Shown here: one piece after another, positions 39,376 to 50,123 of the stretch
Position numbering within the stretch: position 1 is the stretch's first letter
How the letters are laid out: each line of letters starts with the position of its first letter
Assembly (NCBI GenBank): GCA_963693055.1
Contig: OY843751.1
Location: 3,616,001-3,680,000, forward strand
Source of the DNA: a bacterium
GTDB taxonomy: Bacteria; Zhuqueibacterota; Zhuqueibacteria; Residuimicrobiales; Krinioviventaceae
DNA: 64,000 nucleotides
Direction of reading: 5' to 3'
The notes under the pieces: model-generated
Databases searched by the model: none
Told to the model about the DNA's origin: nothing
Seen by the model: the letters and a program-made list of their open reading frames with translations, nothing else
Made by a program: the position numbers and the translations under genes

Positions 39376-39392
39376 ATCAAACATTATGCCAG
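39376..39392 (-). promoter_or_regulatory. Putative sigma54 -24/-12 promoter of the pilin gene
   Basis: Minus strand CTGGCATAATGTTTGAT matches TGGCA-N6-TTG, with GA instead of GC at -12. It lies about 80 nt upstream of the pilin ATG. Confidence 0.5.
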
Positions 39393-39907
39393 AACTCTAT
39401 TTTTCACACCAACTTTAAAAAAATGACATTAAATCTATATTTTACAACAAATTAAAGCAACTGACAATGATTCAACATCTCTTTTTTTATTCCAAATACA
39501 TAGCAAAAGTATTGCCTGCAAGGGACAATTCATGGTTCAAATCATTTTTTTTGGGGCATTTGGGGCAACAATTACACAATTCAATCTAAAATTTGGTTTT
39601 TTTTTAGGGATTCAATTAATTTTCTGCAAAATGATTGACAAAAAGTATATATAGATAAAGAAAATCAGAAAATTTGAATTTTCTGCTACCAAATTTACGA
39701 GATTTACATAGCAAACACCGCCTAACGTGAGACAATGGGGCAACACATTCATATTGGGTGGTTACTCAATGTCACACGTTAGTCCATTCCTTTTCTTTTC
39801 TCCATTTTTAAAAACAAGCTTTCAGGGTTTACTAAATACATGCATAAAAGGATTGCTTCATTTTTGAAAAATTTGTACTTTACTCGTCTAATGAACAAGG
39901 CGACTTT

Positions 39908-41467
39908 ATGAAAGACAGCAAAAAAATATTATGGGTGGATGACGAGATTGATCTCTTGCGCCCGCATATTCTATTTCTTGAAGGCAAGGGATATGATGTT
40001 ACATCTGTAGCAAATGCAGAAGATGGTATTGAACTGGTCAAACAAACCGAGTTTGATCTCATCCTCTTAGATGAGATGCTGCACGGCATAGATGGGTTAA
40101 CAGCACTCAATGAAATTAAATCCATCAATCCTGGCTTGCCGGTAATTATGGTAACAAAGAGTGAAGAAGAAGCATTAATGGAAGATGCCATTGGTGCCAA
40201 GATTGATGATTATTTAACAAAGCCTGTTAATCCCAGTCAGATATTGCTGGTTTGTAAAAAAATTCTGGACAGTAAGAAAATAGCCAGTCAGAGAATATCC
40301 CGAGACTATACCATGGAGTTTAACAAAATTGCCATGAAATTGATGGGCCCCATGGAATGGCAAGACTGGGTAGATATTCATAACAAATTATCTGAATGGG
40401 ATGTAGAGTTGGACTCGCACCCAGATCTGGGTTTAAAACAAACCCTTTATGATCAGAAAAAAGAATGCAACGCCGAGTTTGGTAGGTTTATTGAAAAGAA
40501 CTATCTTGATTGGATCAACAGCGACGATCATCCTCCCATGTCTGTTGATGTAATACCCAAGTTTGTATTTCCACATATAAAAGAAAACAAAAAAACCATT
40601 CTCTTAATCATTGACAATCTTCGTTTGGATCAATGGATGGCCATTGAACCGTTATTGCGTTCATATTTTAAAATCCAGCGTGATCATTATTGTTCCATCT
40701 TGCCCACGGCTACACCCTATTCCAGAAATGCCATATTCAGCGGACTTTATCCTTTAGAGATTGAAAAGCAATATCCTGAAATGTGGTCAAGCGGAGAAGA
40801 TGAAGATGATATCAGCCTGAATCGTTATGAAGGCGAGTTAATGTTAAAGTTGCTGGAGAGGGAAAACATTAACCTGAAACCCGAGCCCAAATACGCCAAA
40901 ATATTAGACATGCAGGAAGCGCAAAATGTTGCCAGAGATATTCACGATTATGCCAACACCCCGTTCTCTGCAATTGTCATCAACTTTGTAGATATACTTG
41001 CTCACTCGCGTAGTTCATCTACACTTATAAAAGAAATGATTCCCAACGAAGCTGCTTTCAGATCTACAACGAAATCATGGTTTGAGCATGCCCACATTTA
41101 TTCGGCACTCCGCTCCCTGGCAGAAAATGGCAATACCGTTGTAATCACATCTGATCATGGCAGTATACAAAGTCATCGTGGAACCAAAGTAATCGGAGAC
41201 AGACACACCTCTACCAGTTTACGATATAAATTCGGAAGAAATCTCAAAGTCAGCAACAAACATGCATTATTTATCAAAGATCCCCGTGCATACCGGTTAC
41301 CTGTCCGTGGAGTAAATACAAATTACATCATGGCCAAAGAAGATTATTATTTTGTATATCCAACAAATTACCACCACTTTTTAAATTATTATGCCGACAG
41401 TTTTCAGCATGGCGGTATTTCATTAGAAGAACTCGTTTTACCGGTAATAACACTTGAACCCAGATAA
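39908..41467 (+). CDS. porX: PorX-like response regulator (REC + PglZ/alkaline-phosphatase-like domain)
   Basis: ILWVDDEIDLLRPHILFLE, IDNLRLDQW, SILPTATPYSRNAIFSG, TSDHGS, FQHGGISLEE. Followed by tsaE, as in Bacteroidota. Confidence 0.9.
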   Translation: MKDSKKILWVDDEIDLLRPHILFLEGKGYDVTSVANAEDGIELVKQTEFDLILLDEMLHGIDGLTALNEIKSINPGLPVIMVTKSEEEALMEDAIGAKIDDYLTKPVNPSQILLVCKKILDSKKIASQRISRDYTMEFNKIAMKLMGPMEWQDWVDIHNKLSEWDVELDSHPDLGLKQTLYDQKKECNAEFGRFIEKNYLDWINSDDHPPMSVDVIPKFVFPHIKENKKTILLIIDNLRLDQWMAIEPLLRSYFKIQRDHYCSILPTATPYSRNAIFSGLYPLEIEKQYPEMWSSGEDEDDISLNRYEGELMLKLLERENINLKPEPKYAKILDMQEAQNVARDIHDYANTPFSAIVINFVDILAHSRSSSTLIKEMIPNEAAFRSTTKSWFEHAHIYSALRSLAENGNTVVITSDHGSIQSHRGTKVIGDRHTSTSLRYKFGRNLKVSNKHALFIKDPRAYRLPVRGVNTNYIMAKEDYYFVYPTNYHHFLNYYADSFQHGGISLEELVLPVITLEPR

Positions 41468-41918
41468 TAAAAATAAAATCGTATTTGATAAACAATCAAC
41501 CAGTCCTGAAAACACGCAGGAATACGGTAGGTCCTTTGCTGCGTTATTAAAGCAAGGCGATATTGTTTGTTTTACCGGGAATCTAGGTAGTGGCAAAACT
41601 ACTTTTATAAAAGGATTATGTGTGGGTTTGGAAGTGAATGATAACGTAACCAGTCCCACTTTTACATTGATAAATGAATACAAAGGCAAACTGCCAATTT
41701 ACCACTTTGACTTTTATCGTATACCCCAGACTGAAGAGCTGGATGAATTGGGGTTATATGAATATCTTTATGGTGATGGTATTTGTCTCCTGGAATGGCC
41801 GGAAATTATATTGAATTCAATTAACAGTTCTTACTATATGGTTACAATGCAGCATTGCTTTGACAGCGGCAATGAAACAACAAGACAGGTCACAATAACC
41901 TTTAACGGGATCCAATAG
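41454..41918 (+). CDS. tsaE: tRNA t6A biosynthesis ATPase TsaE
   Basis: GNLGSGKTTF, VTSPTFTLINEY, HFDFYR, LEWPE. Confidence 0.96.
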   Translation: MNPDNKNKIVFDKQSTSPENTQEYGRSFAALLKQGDIVCFTGNLGSGKTTFIKGLCVGLEVNDNVTSPTFTLINEYKGKLPIYHFDFYRIPQTEELDELGLYEYLYGDGICLLEWPEIILNSINSSYYMVTMQHCFDSGNETTRQVTITFNGIQ

Positions 41919-41919
41919 A

Positions 41920-42600
41920 ATGCTGATTTTAGGAATTGAAACATCTACAAAGGTATGCGCGGTAGCCCTTGCTGATGATAAAGGTCTTGTTGCTGAAAGC
42001 CGTTTGAATATCAAAAACATCCACGCGCAAAAACTCCATTTAATGGTAGATGATCTGTTTGCAACCGCGGATTTAAATCTGAATGATCTGGATGGCATAG
42101 CTGTTTCCATAGGCCCCGGTTCATTTACCGGATTACGAATTGGACTTGCAGCCGCAAAGGGTTTGGCACTACCAACAGATATTCCCATAACAGCGGTACC
42201 TACCTTGAAGGCAATTGCCCACAAGGCGCCAATCATGGACGGAAAGGTTGCGGCTTTACTTCGGGCCCGTAAAAACGAATATTATTATGCATTATTTGAA
42301 CGTAATCATTTAATAAATGAACTGGTTAAAGATGTAACTATTATAACACTTGATGATATTGCAAAAGAGATCCCAAAAGACGCTTTACTTATAGGGCACA
42401 CAGACGAACTTGGAACGATTTTGCCGAACAAGACTACACCAGAACAATTTTCGCTGCCGGATGCATTTACTATTGCAAAGATAGGGTTGGAACATATTCG
42501 AAATAACAACATTCAACCCATTGATACAATAGAACCAGTATATCATCAAAACTTTATTGCAGGAAAACCGAAATCACCGGTAATTTCGTTTGATCAATAA
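41920..42600 (+). CDS. tsaB: tRNA t6A biosynthesis protein TsaB
   Basis: ILGIETST, GPGSFTGLRIG, IEPVY. Confidence 0.95.
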   Translation: MLILGIETSTKVCAVALADDKGLVAESRLNIKNIHAQKLHLMVDDLFATADLNLNDLDGIAVSIGPGSFTGLRIGLAAAKGLALPTDIPITAVPTLKAIAHKAPIMDGKVAALLRARKNEYYYALFERNHLINELVKDVTIITLDDIAKEIPKDALLIGHTDELGTILPNKTTPEQFSLPDAFTIAKIGLEHIRNNNIQPIDTIEPVYHQNFIAGKPKSPVISFDQ

Positions 42601-42612
42601 TAGAGAATTAGC

Positions 42613-43086
42613 TTGGAATTTTTTAAGCAGTTAAACGAGAATGTTACCCTTCAAGTAAGACGTATGCAGGAAGATGATATTGACCAGATTGCCGAATTAG
42701 AAAAAGAAATATTTCCAAACCCCTGGTCAAAGGTATCGTTTGCCGCAGAGTTATTACACAAATATTCAATATGCCTGGTGGTCCTTGACGACAAAAGAAT
42801 CATTGCCTATTCGGTTAACTGGTTCATTGAAGACGAGTTACACATTGCCAATCTTGCGGTATCAAGTGAATATCGCAAAATGGGTATTGCCTCCTGGTTG
42901 ATGGAAATCATTCTTTCCCTTTCAGAATCCATTTCAACACGTGTGATACATCTGGAGGTTAGAAAATCTAATGAACAGGCAATAAACCTGTATAAAAAAT
43001 TTGGTTTCATAGAAGTGGGTCTGCGTAAAAATTATTATGAAAAAGAACACGAAGACGCACTGTTAATGAGTTTAAATTTAAATTGA
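42613..43086 (+). CDS. rimI: Ribosomal-protein-alanine N-acetyltransferase
   Basis: FPNPWS, HIANLAV, R.MGIA, LEVRKSN..A..LYKKFGF, RKNYY...EDALLM. Confidence 0.93.
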   Translation: MEFFKQLNENVTLQVRRMQEDDIDQIAELEKEIFPNPWSKVSFAAELLHKYSICLVVLDDKRIIAYSVNWFIEDELHIANLAVSSEYRKMGIASWLMEIILSLSESISTRVIHLEVRKSNEQAINLYKKFGFIEVGLRKNYYEKEHEDALLMSLNLN

Positions 43087-43101
43087 ACAAATGGAGTTCT
43101 T

Positions 43102-43986
43102 ATGGCCTGGTTTAAACGAGGACAAAAAGGTCCAACCACGCAAACAAAAAAAGAGTTACCTAATGGTGTTTGGATCAAATGTGAGAGCTGCAATGAAGTA
43201 CTTTATATGAAAGAATTGCAAAAGAACTTGCATGTATGCTTCAAGTGTGATCACCACTTTCGAATTACCAGTGATGATTACATTGCAATCATTTCAGATC
43301 CGGGTACTTTTAAAGAAACAAACAAAAATATTCAGTCAACTGATCCATTAAAATTTAAAGATAAAAAACGCTATACAGACAGAATCAAAGCCGCAGTTCA
43401 GAATACCGGATTAACAGAAGCAATTAAAACCGGTACCTGTACGGTAAATGAATTGCCGGTAGTTCTTGCGGTAATGGATTTCAGGTTTATTGGCGGAAGC
43501 ATGGGGTCAGTTGTAGGCGAAAAAATTGCCCGCGCAACCAGAGCTGCAATAGAACAAAGGACCCCTCTTATTATCGTATCTTCTTCTGGTGGTGCACGAA
43601 TGCAAGAATCTGCACTTTCACTCATGCAAATGGCCAAAACCTCTGCATATCTTGCCAGATTGGCAGATGCCAAAGTGCCCTATATATCATTATTAACTCA
43701 TCCTACAACCGGTGGTGTTTCAGCAAGTTTTTCCATGCTGGGCGATATAATACTTGCTGAACCCAAAGCGCTTATAGGTTTTGCTGGAGAACGGGTCATT
43801 AAACAAACAATTGGGCAGGACCTACCCGAAGGTTTTCAGCGCGCCGAATTCTTGCTTGAACATGGATTTGTAGATACGATTGTACACAGGCACAAGCTTA
43901 AAGAAACATTGTATAACATACTAACATTTATGCCGCACAATGTCCCTGCAGCTGCTACCCAAATTTCTAATAATGGGGGATATTGA
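43102..43986 (+). CDS. accD: Acetyl-CoA carboxylase carboxyltransferase beta subunit
   Basis: Zinc finger CESC...CFKC, GGSMGSVVGEK, SGGARMQE, PTTGGVSAS, FQRAEFLLEHG. Confidence 0.97.
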   Translation: MAWFKRGQKGPTTQTKKELPNGVWIKCESCNEVLYMKELQKNLHVCFKCDHHFRITSDDYIAIISDPGTFKETNKNIQSTDPLKFKDKKRYTDRIKAAVQNTGLTEAIKTGTCTVNELPVVLAVMDFRFIGGSMGSVVGEKIARATRAAIEQRTPLIIVSSSGGARMQESALSLMQMAKTSAYLARLADAKVPYISLLTHPTTGGVSASFSMLGDIILAEPKALIGFAGERVIKQTIGQDLPEGFQRAEFLLEHGFVDTIVHRHKLKETLYNILTFMPHNVPAAATQISNNGGY

Positions 43987-44750
43987 TACAATTGAACATA
44001 TTATTAACAAACGATGACGGAATAAGCGCACCCGGACTGGCTGCTCTTGCGCAAGAAATGCAAAAGCTGGGTACTGTCCATGTGGTAGCACCTGAAACCG
44101 AAATGAGTGCTGTAGGGCATGCAATAACATTACATGATCCGTTGCGCGTTAGAGATTTTCATAAAAACGGCACTTATTTTGGCAAAGCTGTCAGCGGCAC
44201 TCCCGCCGATTGTGTCAAGATTGCCTGGGGCGCATTGTTAAAAGATTTGCCCAAAATTGATCTGCTTGTTTCAGGCATTAACCAGGGTTCTAATGCCGGT
44301 ATTAATACAATCTATTCTGGGACCGTTTCTGCAGCCACTGAAGGCGCAATTCTGGGTATTCCCTCTTTTGCAATTTCATTGGCATCTTTTACATTTACGG
44401 ATTTCAGTATAGCGGCACGTTTTGCAGCCAAGCTGACACCCCAAATATTAGCCAACAAACTCCCCAAAGGAGTGTATCTGAACGTGAATGTACCGGCCCT
44501 GCCTGAAGATGAAATTCAAGGTGTAGAAATTACCCGCCAGGGCATGGCAATCTATACCGAAGAATTTGAAGTACGAAGAGATCCAAGGAATCGTGAATAT
44601 TACTGGTTGACCGGGGAAAAACAAAAAATAGAAGCTGAACAGGATGTGGATGACAGAGCCATTATAAACAAAAAAATTTCAATTACTCCTGTACACTATG
44701 ACCTCACATATTATCCGTTTATGAACGAATTAAAACAATGGAACATTTGA
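43983..44750 (+). CDS. surE: 5'/3'-nucleotidase SurE
   Basis: ILLTNDDG, GTPADCV, SGINQG.N, YSGTVSAATEG. Confidence 0.96.
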   Translation: MIQLNILLTNDDGISAPGLAALAQEMQKLGTVHVVAPETEMSAVGHAITLHDPLRVRDFHKNGTYFGKAVSGTPADCVKIAWGALLKDLPKIDLLVSGINQGSNAGINTIYSGTVSAATEGAILGIPSFAISLASFTFTDFSIAARFAAKLTPQILANKLPKGVYLNVNVPALPEDEIQGVEITRQGMAIYTEEFEVRRDPRNREYYWLTGEKQKIEAEQDVDDRAIINKKISITPVHYDLTYYPFMNELKQWNI

Positions 44751-44769
44751 AAATAAAAAAGAGAGATAA

Positions 44770-46308
44770 ATGACGCATAACGAATCGATCATTGTTCTTG
44801 ATTTTGGTTCACAATATACTCAACTCATTGCAAGACGAATCAGGGAGTTGGGTGTTTATTCCGAGATCAAGCCATTTGACTATGATATTGAAAAAATCAA
44901 AAAACTGGCTCCCAAAGGAATTATTCTTTCTGGTAGTCCGTCCTCTGTTTATGAAAAAGATGCCCCCCTGCCAGACAGCAGCGTGTTTGATCTGGGCTGC
45001 CCGGTTCTGGGTATCTGTTATGGATTGCAGGTTATGGCACACATTAACGGTGGTAAGGTAGCTGGCGCCCTGCACCGCGAATATGGCCATGCAGATTTAC
45101 AGGTAGATGACCATTCTGACTTGTTTCATCAGCTGGACAAGCAGGTATCTGTTTGGATGAGCCATGGTGATCGTCTTGAAGCCCTTCCCCCCGACTTTGA
45201 GATCATTGCCCATACCCAAAACGCTCCAATAGCTGCGGTTCGACATAAACAAAAACATTATTATGGTATTCAATTTCATCCCGAAGTGGTGCATACTCCC
45301 CGTGGTAAAGATATTCTGGGCAATTTTGTTTATAAAATCTGTGGTTGTGACAATTCATGGGGTGCAACTTCATTTGTTGACACAGCCATCAATGATATAA
45401 AAAATACCGTTGGCGATGCCCATACCATCTGCGCGTTGAGTGGTGGTGTAGATTCAACAGTTGCCGCTTATCTGGTGGCCAAAGCCATTGGTAAAAACCT
45501 GACCTGTATCTTTGTAGATACCGGCATGCTGCGCGAAAATGAAGCAGAACAGGTCTGTGAATACTTTAAAGATGCAGAGTTTAATTTTATTTTTGTTGAC
45601 GCTTCAGAAAGGTTTCTCAGCAAACTTGAAGGGGTTATTGATCCCGAAGAAAAACGTAAAATTATTGGTACCGAATTTATTCGGGTATTTGAAGATGAAG
45701 CGTCTAAACTGGGTGATATTCAATACTTGGTTCAGGGTACCCTGTATCCCGATGTAATCGAAAGCGTATCCATTAAAGGTCCTTCCGCCCTTATAAAATC
45801 ACACCACAATGTTGGTGGTTTGCCGGAAAAAATGGGGCTAAAGTTAGTTGAACCCTTGCGCGAATTATTCAAAGATGAAGTCAGACGTGTTGGTAAAGAA
45901 TTACAAATTCCGGAAAATATTTTAAAACGCCATCCCTTCCCCGGTCCCGGCCTTGCCGTAAGGATTTTGGGTGAAATTACACGTGATCGGCTCAAAGTTC
46001 TAAGACCGGCAGACAGAATCTTTATTGAAGAACTGATTGCCAATGAAGAATATGATAATATCTGGCAGGCATTTGCGGTACTGCTTCCCATTCAAACAGT
46101 GGGTGTTATGGGAGATGAGCGTACCTATGAAAATGTTGTTGCATTAAGAGCTGTTACCAGTCTTGACGGCATGACAGCAGAATGGGCAATTATACCCAAT
46201 GATTTGCTGGCTAGAATTTCAAACAGAATCATCAATGAAGTAAAAGGTGTGAATCGGGTGGTTTATGATATTAGTACAAAACCCCCAAGCACCATAGAGT
46301 GGGAATAA
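44770..46308 (+). CDS. guaA: GMP synthase (glutamine-hydrolysing)
   Basis: [49 protein letters not shown]. Confidence 0.98.
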   Translation: MTHNESIIVLDFGSQYTQLIARRIRELGVYSEIKPFDYDIEKIKKLAPKGIILSGSPSSVYEKDAPLPDSSVFDLGCPVLGICYGLQVMAHINGGKVAGALHREYGHADLQVDDHSDLFHQLDKQVSVWMSHGDRLEALPPDFEIIAHTQNAPIAAVRHKQKHYYGIQFHPEVVHTPRGKDILGNFVYKICGCDNSWGATSFVDTAINDIKNTVGDAHTICALSGGVDSTVAAYLVAKAIGKNLTCIFVDTGMLRENEAEQVCEYFKDAEFNFIFVDASERFLSKLEGVIDPEEKRKIIGTEFIRVFEDEASKLGDIQYLVQGTLYPDVIESVSIKGPSALIKSHHNVGGLPEKMGLKLVEPLRELFKDEVRRVGKELQIPENILKRHPFPGPGLAVRILGEITRDRLKVLRPADRIFIEELIANEEYDNIWQAFAVLLPIQTVGVMGDERTYENVVALRAVTSLDGMTAEWAIIPNDLLARISNRIINEVKGVNRVVYDISTKPPSTIEWE

Positions 46309-46324
46309 AAAAGGATGTTATCTT

Positions 46325-48157
46325 ATGTGTGGGATAGTAGGATACATTGGTGAACAAAAAGTTACACCAATATTATTAAACGGATTGAAAAGGCTGGAAT
46401 ACAGAGGGTATGACTCTGCTGGCCTTGCAATATTAAACAACAGCTCTATAGACATTTATAAAGCTGTTGGTAAAATTAAAGAACTAGAAAAGTCTATTAC
46501 CGGGAAAAAGATTTCCGGTACTGTAGGTATAGGGCATACACGCTGGGCAACACATGGTGAACCCTCGTTTACGAATGCGCATCCCCACACGGGTGATGAC
46601 AATAAATTGGCACTTGTCCATAATGGTATTATAGAAAATTATGAAGAACTAAAATCAGAACTGCAAGCCAAAGGGCACACCTTTAAAACAGAAACAGATA
46701 CTGAAACCCTCTGTCACCTGTTTGAAGAACTGGTCAACGAAGGCCACGAGTTTACCGAAGCTGTACGCTTGGGACTGGGCCGTGTTGAGGGTACTTTTGG
46801 TTTGGTTATTGTGAACTCGGAACAACCGGACAAGATCGTTGCAGCCAGACGTGGTAGTCCATTGGTTATAGGTTTAGGAAATGGCGAAAACTTTATCGCT
46901 TCTGATGCCGCCCCCCTGGTAGGCCACACCACCAATGTTGTCTATCTTGAAGATAATGAGATGGCGGTAATTACCCGTAATTCTATGCAGGTAAAAACCA
47001 TTCAGGATGTTCCCGTCAATAAACTGGTTGAACATATTGACACAGATCTGGCCGAGATTGAAAAATCCGGTTATTCACATTTCATGCTCAAAGAGATCAT
47101 GGAACAACCACAAACCATGTCAGATACTATGCGCGGCAGACTGTTGTTAAAAGAAGGTACCTCGCATCTGGGTGGTTTGGGTAAAGATATTGAATCTTTG
47201 CTATACGCGCGCCGTGTTATTATAACCGCATGCGGAACGTCGTGGCATGCAGCCTTGATTGGCGAATACATGCTTGAAGAGCTGGTAGGCATTCCGGTTG
47301 AAGTAGAGTATGCATCCGAATTTCGCTATCGCGATCCTGTACTGGGTAGCGACTCCGTAGTGATCGCCATTAGCCAATCCGGCGAAACTGCTGATACACT
47401 GGCAGCAATCCGTGAAGCAAAACGCAAACGCTGTAAAGTATTTGGAATTTGTAATGTAGTAGGTTCAAGCATTGCCCGCGAAACAGACGCAGGTGTATTT
47501 TTACACGCAGGACCCGAGATTGGTGTTGCATCAACAAAAGCGTTTACCTCGCAGGTAACGGTATTGTCACTCATAGCGCTGTTATTAGGACGTATGCGTT
47601 CAGTCTCCAGTGCTAAAGGAATGGAAATTGCCAAAGAATTGGCCGCAATTCCATCCAAAGTTGAAAAAGTACTGGAAAACCATGAACAGATCAAAGAAAT
47701 TGCAAAAGAGATCAAAGACATTCGCAATGTATTGTATCTGGGCAGAGGTTATAATTTTCCGGTAGCATTAGAAGGTGCTTTGAAATTAAAAGAAATTTCT
47801 TATATTCATGCCGAAGGTTATCCTGCCGCAGAGATGAAACACGGTCCCATTGCTCTGATTGATAAAGATATGCCTGTTATAGTTATTGCAACCAAAGATT
47901 CTATCTATGACAAGGTTATGAGCAATATTGAAGAAGTTCGGGCAAGAAAGGGTCGTGTAATTGCAATAGCAACCGAAGGCGATACCGAAATAGCAAAAAA
48001 AGCAGACAGGGTTATATATGTTCCATCAACCCTTGATTTGCTGAACCCACTAATTAATATTATTCCCTTGCAGCTATTGTCATATTATATTGCTGTATTA
48101 AGGGGCTGCGATGTGGATCAGCCTAGAAATCTTGCAAAAAGTGTAACTGTTGAATAA
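46325..48157 (+). CDS. glmS: Glutamine-fructose-6-phosphate aminotransferase
   Basis: MCGIVG, GHTRWATHG, SQSGETAD, EMKHGP, PRNLAKSVTVE. Confidence 0.98.
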   Translation: MCGIVGYIGEQKVTPILLNGLKRLEYRGYDSAGLAILNNSSIDIYKAVGKIKELEKSITGKKISGTVGIGHTRWATHGEPSFTNAHPHTGDDNKLALVHNGIIENYEELKSELQAKGHTFKTETDTETLCHLFEELVNEGHEFTEAVRLGLGRVEGTFGLVIVNSEQPDKIVAARRGSPLVIGLGNGENFIASDAAPLVGHTTNVVYLEDNEMAVITRNSMQVKTIQDVPVNKLVEHIDTDLAEIEKSGYSHFMLKEIMEQPQTMSDTMRGRLLLKEGTSHLGGLGKDIESLLYARRVIITACGTSWHAALIGEYMLEELVGIPVEVEYASEFRYRDPVLGSDSVVIAISQSGETADTLAAIREAKRKRCKVFGICNVVGSSIARETDAGVFLHAGPEIGVASTKAFTSQVTVLSLIALLLGRMRSVSSAKGMEIAKELAAIPSKVEKVLENHEQIKEIAKEIKDIRNVLYLGRGYNFPVALEGALKLKEISYIHAEGYPAAEMKHGPIALIDKDMPVIVIATKDSIYDKVMSNIEEVRARKGRVIAIATEGDTEIAKKADRVIYVPSTLDLLNPLINIIPLQLLSYYIAVLRGCDVDQPRNLAKSVTVE

Positions 48158-48169
48158 AAGGAGGATTGT

Positions 48170-50014
48170 TTGCGTACATCCAATCACTTCACATTACTAC
48201 TCGTAATACTGTTTTTTAGCATCACCATACAAACTACCTTGGCCCAGGATGCAGAGACAAAAAAACTATTTGATCAGGGTGTAATTTATTACCAAAATAG
48301 ATTATACAAGGACGCGTTTACCACATTCAAGTCCATTGAATCAATGACAACGCCAAATCCTTTAATTACTTCAACCTACCTCATGCTTGCCAAGACTGCA
48401 ATCAAAGTGGGTGAAGAAGAAAAAGCAGCCAGTTACATCAAATATTTACGATCTGCATATCCCGAGAGTAAATATAATGCACATGGCTATTACCTGATGG
48501 GCCAAATTGATTTTGGAAAACAGTGCTATGTAAATGCTTTTGAAAATTTCAGCAAAGCCAGAGAATTTTCAACGGATGATGAATTAACAAATTTGGCAAC
48601 TGCCGCATGTGATACCCTGCTAAGTTTGGGCATTGATCACAAAACCCTGTTAAATTTGTATTCAAGTTATCCCTGGCAGAAAAATAAAACCGTTTTCGAG
48701 TTATGGACTGCAGAATCTTATATCCGTAATGGAGACAGAGAATCAGCAAACCTCATCCTGAACCAGATACTATCAACTCAAAAAGATTCCAAGGTACTTG
48801 ATAAAGCGCAAGCATTGAAAAACCTTCAATATACACCCAAATTAAAGATTGGGGTTATCTTGCCCTTGTCCGGCTATTTTTCTGATGAGGCAAAACAATT
48901 GCTTCGTGGTATGGGGCTGGCACTGGAAGAAAACAAAGACGTTAAGAATCTGATTGATCTGGAAATTGCTGATTCGCAGGGTGAACAGGTAGGTGCAGTT
49001 CATACAGCGCTTGATATCACCCAAAAAGATTATTCATTATTAATAGGCGAACTTGAAGATAATAACTCTATAGCCATTGCAGGACTTGCGGCCCGGGAAA
49101 ACATTCCCATCATTGTTCCGGTAGGTACACAAAATGGTGTTGCAACCATTGGAGATAAAACCTTTCAAGCCAATAATGACCTCAATACCCGTGGTGCGGC
49201 TTTGGGTGAATATGCAGTAAATGTTCTGGGCATGAAAACCTTTGCAACCATAGCTCCCGCCGATGAATATGGACACGCCCTTACAGATGCCTTTACCAAA
49301 AGAATTGACAACCTGGGCGGTACCATCATCTCCCAAAAATGGTTTTACCCTGGAACTACGGATCTTAAACGTCAGCTTGATGCAATCCGCGAAGCAGGTT
49401 TCAGATATGCGTTTCGTGATTCCATAGAGGCTATGGGCTTACCGGTAACACAATCCAGAATCGACTCTATTTACAATGTAATGAACGAATGGGCCAAAGA
49501 TAAATCAACTGACAATGAAGGCCTCATCGAGTCTACCGATATTCCGGTTACATCTATTGATGGATTCTTTTTGCCGGTGTATGAAGAAGAGCTCTCAATC
49601 ATTTCTCCTCAATTGGCATTATCTAATATTGTAACTACACCCTTGGGTGGCGGATACTGGCTTGATAAACGACTGCTTAGAAGACAGAGAAACTATTTAG
49701 ACGGTTGTGTTTTTGTAGCAGGATATTATTTTTCAGAAACCGACCTGAGATATAAAAAATTTGTAAATGACTATCGTCTATTAACCGCTGCATCACCGGG
49801 CAAACTTTCGGTATATGGTTATAATGTTATGAATCTCATTATTAAGGCCGTAAGAGAAGGCAGCACAACACGTGAGGAAATTGTCAACTATCTTGATAAT
49901 GTGAAAGACTTTGATGGTATTGGCGGCAAAATCACCTTTTATCAAAGCGGACATGTAAACAAGGCAGTAAATATTTTACAATACAAAGACGGAAACATAT
50001 CAAAAATCAATTAA
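48170..50014 (+). CDS. LpoA-like protein (TPR N-terminus + type I periplasmic-binding-fold C-terminus)
   Basis: Signal peptide, TPR-like helices (YPES), KIGVILPLSG, and C-terminal FDGIGGKITF. Confidence 0.7.
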   Translation: MRTSNHFTLLLVILFFSITIQTTLAQDAETKKLFDQGVIYYQNRLYKDAFTTFKSIESMTTPNPLITSTYLMLAKTAIKVGEEEKAASYIKYLRSAYPESKYNAHGYYLMGQIDFGKQCYVNAFENFSKAREFSTDDELTNLATAACDTLLSLGIDHKTLLNLYSSYPWQKNKTVFELWTAESYIRNGDRESANLILNQILSTQKDSKVLDKAQALKNLQYTPKLKIGVILPLSGYFSDEAKQLLRGMGLALEENKDVKNLIDLEIADSQGEQVGAVHTALDITQKDYSLLIGELEDNNSIAIAGLAARENIPIIVPVGTQNGVATIGDKTFQANNDLNTRGAALGEYAVNVLGMKTFATIAPADEYGHALTDAFTKRIDNLGGTIISQKWFYPGTTDLKRQLDAIREAGFRYAFRDSIEAMGLPVTQSRIDSIYNVMNEWAKDKSTDNEGLIESTDIPVTSIDGFFLPVYEEELSIISPQLALSNIVTTPLGGGYWLDKRLLRRQRNYLDGCVFVAGYYFSETDLRYKKFVNDYRLLTAASPGKLSVYGYNVMNLIIKAVREGSTTREEIVNYLDNVKDFDGIGGKITFYQSGHVNKAVNILQYKDGNISKIN

Positions 50015-50123
50015 TTATGACTTGCGTCACACCAAATATGGAAATATTCTATTAATATAGTATGTTTAAAAAAACGAAACAACAGAAACTCAAAACTAAC
50101 AATCATGATGGAGGGCAATCCTA

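Noticed and set aside
39908-41467. PglZ domain as part of a BREX defence system
   Set aside because: It is fused to a REC domain and followed by tsaE, which is the PorX architecture. No brxC, pglX or brxL is present.
46309-46324. glmS ribozyme, or purine riboswitch before guaA
   Set aside because: The intergenic gaps are only 16-19 nt and the genes are operon-internal.
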